A stretch of 55,342 nt of DNA, filler included, from Squatina squatina (lineage: Eukaryota): assembly GCA_031763465.1 (NCBI GenBank). It is 3 parts of 3 records of this genome, joined end to end, with 100 filler letters (N's around TTAATTAATTAA, not from the genome) between each part and the next. Parts side by side here need not be neighbours in the genome. Positions count along the whole stretch, not along the records: positions 33,956 to 55,342 come from JARFOE010000004.1; 2 more parts are not named here. One strand, written 5' to 3'. Shown one piece after another: positions 51,421-55,342 of the stretch. The number at the start of each line of letters is the position of its first letter. Position 1 is the stretch's first letter. Under the pieces are notes generated by a model. The model saw nothing but the letters and a program-made list of their open reading frames with translations, did no database searches and was not told the origin of the DNA. A program made the position numbers and the translations under genes.

Positions 51421-51977
51421 TTAATCAATAGATGTTAACCCATTTATGCTCTGGACTAAAGTGTTGATTGAGACATGGGTTGCGGAGCAATTCTGTTCCA
51501 CTTTATCAGCTCTTCTTGTTTCCATATCAGACCTGCTTTACCCCTGCCTCAGTTATTCACACTTTTTCTGTGTCTTTTAAATGCCTTCAATTTTTTTCAT
51601 TATACTTCTTCCTTTCATTCTGTTACTATCTCTTCAGCTATTTAACTATTTCCTTTTTTCTACTTGAGCTCTCAATCTACCTCCTGTCTTGTATTTGTGT
51701 GTGTTTTTCCCCCTCACCCCTTTTTGTTCCAATCCTTCTTTTAAACACTGTGTTTGTCTGTCAATCAGGCTGGCTTCCAGGCAGGGAATCTGTTTAAAAC
51801 TCCATGGAATTGGGGAAACCCAGACTTCAGTTTTTATTTCAGATTTCCATCATTGGGAAGTTTTTGGTTTTAATTTAAAAATCAATTACTTTTATTATAG
51901 CAGAATTAAAGGATATATTTTGTCACTGTCTTCTTATTTGTCAGGCAGTTAACATTATGATGAGATACTGCAGGTTA

Positions 51978-52102
51978 GACCATAGGACCATAAGAAGTAG
52001 GAGCAGGAGTAGGCCATTCGGCCCATCGAGCCCGCTCCGCCATTCAATTGAATCATGGCTGATCCGACATTTCTCAAGTCCACCTTCCCGCCTTCTCCCC
52101 AT
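51978..52102 (-). repeat. CR1-type 3' tail
   Basis: CCATAAGAAGTAGGAGCAGGAGTAGGCCATTCGGCCCATCGAGCCCGCTCCGCCATTCAAT. Confidence 0.8.
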
Positions 52103-54559
52103 NNNNNNNNNNNNNNNNNNNNNNNNNNNNNNNNNNNNNNNNNNNNNNNNNNNNNNNNNNNNNNNNNNNNNNNNNNNNNNNNNNNNNNNNNNNNNNNNNN
52201 NNAATATGAAAATTGTCAGTTGTAGGACCCTAATTGTAATGTTGAAGTACACATGAGCAGAGTGTGCATCATTTGTACCAGCCAGTGAGCAGTCTAACCA
52301 GTAGTCCTTCAAAGGCTCCAAACTTGTTTGGGGGGATGACTAGGAGAAGAAGGAGTGCTGCTCCTGGTACCACAGAAATACTGTGGCCGATGCTGGCCCG
52401 TGATCGCCCCATTCCGGGATTGGGTCTCAGGACTGAACTGCCAGCTGGCTCAGCATAGGACCTGGTTGGATTCCCTCTCTTCCACAACTGGTGAAATTCA
52501 GCAGTGCGCCTGCTTTGCGCCTGCAGCTTGACGGCTACATTCAGATGAGGGCCGGGTTTGAAAATGGCGCAGGCGTGCCATAGACTATGCCCCAATTGTG
52601 GATAGATGCTGCAGACTCCCCCTCCCTCGCAATGACCTTTAAATTAAAGATGCTATTTTCAAGGAAATCTGACTGGTTTCATCCAGAAACAAATTTTATA
52701 GCCAGTGTTTAAATTTAGCTTGAATAAAACTGAATTAATAGTCATAGAGAAAAGTAAAATTGCGGTATGCTAACATTTGAAGATCACAGACCATTTTCTA
52801 ATCTCTTCACTGTCCTTTCCCAAATATATTTACCCAGAAATAATCATTGATGACTCCCTTGAAAGATCATCATTTGGCTGAAACAGAAGTAGATGCAGGA
52901 GATGATTACAGCTGGGTCAAATGAAACTACTGTATCTATTGAGGTCCAATTTCATTTAAGGTTCAAAGAAGTCTAACCATCTCTTCTCAATGTGCTGTTG
53001 CTATTTCCCTGTAAATGAAGATTGTCTGCATTATATCTTTCCTAGCTGTAATTTGGCTCTTTCTAATTCAGTCCATTTGTTGATTTACATAATCATTTTC
53101 ACTTGGCAGGTGATGAAATACTTTCCAAGGCTGTATATTTCCATTAGAATTTTTCAGCGTTGAAACTTGACAGACATTTTTACATCCTGAAAGGAATGGT
53201 GTCAGATAAAAGCAATTACTCACTTCATTGAGNNNNNNNNNNNNNNNNNNNNNNNNNNNNNNNNNNNNNNNNNNNNNNNNNNNNNNNNNNNNNNNNNNNN
53301 NNNNNNNNNNNNNNNNNNNNNNNNNNNNNNNNGGTGAATTATTTTAGCTACCTAACTGTTCACTGAATGAAGGCTGCTAAAAATAATGGAAAACTACCAA
53401 CCTTTCCACACTGTAATAGGAAATATTATCAGGTTAGGACTTTTTTGAAATTGAGCTCTAACAATGTTATTTCAAACACTGCTGAGCAAAATATGTTTTT
53501 CTATTTCAACAATATTTACTTAAGAAGAAAATGATTTGGTAAAAGTTAATATGACATACGTCAAGTACAATTGCTTCATGAGTGTATAAAATTGTGACTG
53601 ACTTTCAAGGGCTTGAGGCATATTTATTTAACTTCTTCAGGTCACAATATGCTTCAATACAAATGTCACCGTTAATGAAAAATTTAATCCCAATACTCCT
53701 GAATTGCTTTAGACAAGTGCCACTCTTTCAAATAAATTTGGCATGAAGGAAATTCTGCATAAATGGCTTTGAAGGTTGAGTAAGTGAGAATATAATGGGG
53801 TAGAAATTAGTATGCTTTGCGACCATTTTCTAGGTGTGAAATGGCATGCAAGGCATACCAATTTAGCAGTAGGAATGCTTGCGCCTAATCTGCACCACCG
53901 TTGGTCCCACTGCTAAATTTGTGGGGGCCTTTTTTAGGCATCCAATTAAAGAAGCCCAAAGCAAGCTTCTTAAATATACAAATTAGGGGCCTAACATCTT
54001 TTGAAGGACGACATGAGGAAATTTATTGCCGATGAGTAGAGACAGGTCGCAGGCCCAACCCACTCAGGTTTCTTCAGTGGCTCCTGTGGCTGCCAACAAA
54101 AGATTTAAAGAAAAACATTCCTGCAGAGCCAGAGGAGCAGAAGTACTTCCCTGACTCCATACAGGTCTCATTTTTCCCCTCTTCACCCTCCTGAAACTTG
54201 CACAAGCTGCCTATGGAGGTGAGACAAACATTGGCAGCGAAAGCAAAAATGTTAACGAGGACCAAATTCCAACAAGCTTCGGGCTTCCCGGTTAGGCACT
54301 GTGGGCACGCTACTGGTTTTCGAACCCAAGAACAGCCCATACCCATTTTCCCCCTCTGTCAGATTAAGAGGTGTATATTAGTGTATTAAGCTGGAAAGGA
54401 CATTAATGTCATACCCACTTGATCTTTGCATTTTAAATACAATGTTGGAGTTGTGATGAGATGAACATAGATGGCAGAGGTTGTGCTGTTGAAAACCAAA
54501 GTCCTGTTGAAACGTAGAAGCTTGCTTTTTGCCCCCCTCGACTGTTGCGAGCAGCTGTG

Positions 54560-54648
54560 CTTGTAACTTACTCTGGCGGGCAGTCACTGTTGCTATGTAA
54601 GAATAGGCGGCAGCCATTTTGCACCTCTGCACATGAAATGAGGTGAAT
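54560..54648 (-). repeat. Decayed Deu-type SINE tail
   Basis: Minus strand GTGCAAAATGGCTGCCGCCTATTCTTACATAGCAACAGTGACT resembles 49866-50010. Confidence 0.55.
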
Positions 54649-54850
54649 NNNNNNNNNNNNNNNNNNNNNNNNNNNNNNNNNNNNNNNNNNNNNNNNNNNN
54701 NNNNNNNNNNNNNNNNNNNNNNNNNNNNNNNNNNNNNNNNNNNNNNNNTCAACGTATATACTTTAGACGATGCCTCTAGGCAGTGTGATCGCAGCAACTT
54801 GAGACCAGTCTTTGACAGAGCTGCTTTCACTGTCATGAGCTGAAGCTTAC

Positions 54851-54868
54851 CGTCTGCTGTTGTCTGCC
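54851..54868 (-). other. Candidate 18-nt microexon of an unidentified host gene
   Basis: Minus strand long pyrimidine tract ...CTCCAG|GGCAGACAACAGCAGACG|GTAAGC. Frame-preserving, no stop in any frame. Confidence 0.4.
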
Positions 54869-55252
54869 CTGGAGTTGACTTTAATGAAAAAAACAGGAAA
54901 GAAAAAGATTTAAGCTATAAAACACAACCAATACAGATAGATGTAATAAAGATAGATATTTAGAAATATATTAGACATAGCTCAGAAACAAAACTAATGA
55001 AAATCAATAACATCACACATCAAATGGAAACCTGCTAGCTACAGATCCAAGGCCATATGCCATATTTCTGAGCACTTATTCATGGACCTGACTAAACATA
55101 GCCATCGTATATTGGGAATTGAATGCTGTGGGTTAGTACACTGTCCATTTGCCTCTGGAAGCTAATCAAAATTTAGCCTAGACTGAAAGTCTATCATCCA
55201 ATACCCTTCATGTGCAAAAGCCTTGTACAAAATGCTTCAGTAAGTTGACCAA

Positions 55253-55342
55253 GGGCCTGAAATTGGGTACTTTTTAGCACCACTTTCTCGCCTTATGAAG
55301 GCGTTATGGAGTCGCCAATAAAACTTTGGGCGTTAAAAGGCC
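55253..55342. mobile_element. MITE terminus truncated by window end
   Basis: GGGCCTGAAATTGG start, similar to 38721-38810. Confidence 0.55.

Noticed and set aside
52834-52877. Small minus-strand exon (PNDDLSRESSMIIS)
   Set aside because: Weak donor, not frame-preserving and no recognisable homology.
54378-54836. 152-aa minus-strand ORF
   Set aside because: Spans a gap and overlaps a decayed SINE tail.

Overview
Vertebrate nuclear DNA, most likely a cartilaginous fish (inferred from the repeat landscape and protein divergence), from a heavily gapped draft assembly. Two artificial spacers (44 N + TTAATTAATTAA + 44 N at 14651-14750 and 33856-33955) split the window into three blocks that may be unlinked. 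Block 1 (1-14650, + strand) holds a two-exon PLPP6, the first and last coding exons of a flavin-containing monooxygenase (C-terminus FMO5-like), and several PRRC2C exons. Block 2 (14751-33855, + strand) holds six recognisable LTBP2 exons. Block 3 (33956-55342) is intronic or intergenic with no recognisable protein exon, only two candidate 18-nt microexons on the minus strand. Many internal exons fall in unsized 100-N gaps. Repeats include CR1, L2-like, Tx1-like and RTEX-like LINE fragments, tRNA/Deu-type SINEs, Harbinger-type MITEs and a decayed Harbinger Myb/SANT gene. The most interesting points are a weak-context overlapping uORF over the PRRC2C start codon, an intron-containing PLPP6 beside FMO and PRRC2C, and an unexplained non-coding block inside the large PRRC2C exon. 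I see no demonstrable new biological system; the uORF is the best candidate for undescribed regulation. Gene names rest on recalled sequence similarity, not database searches.
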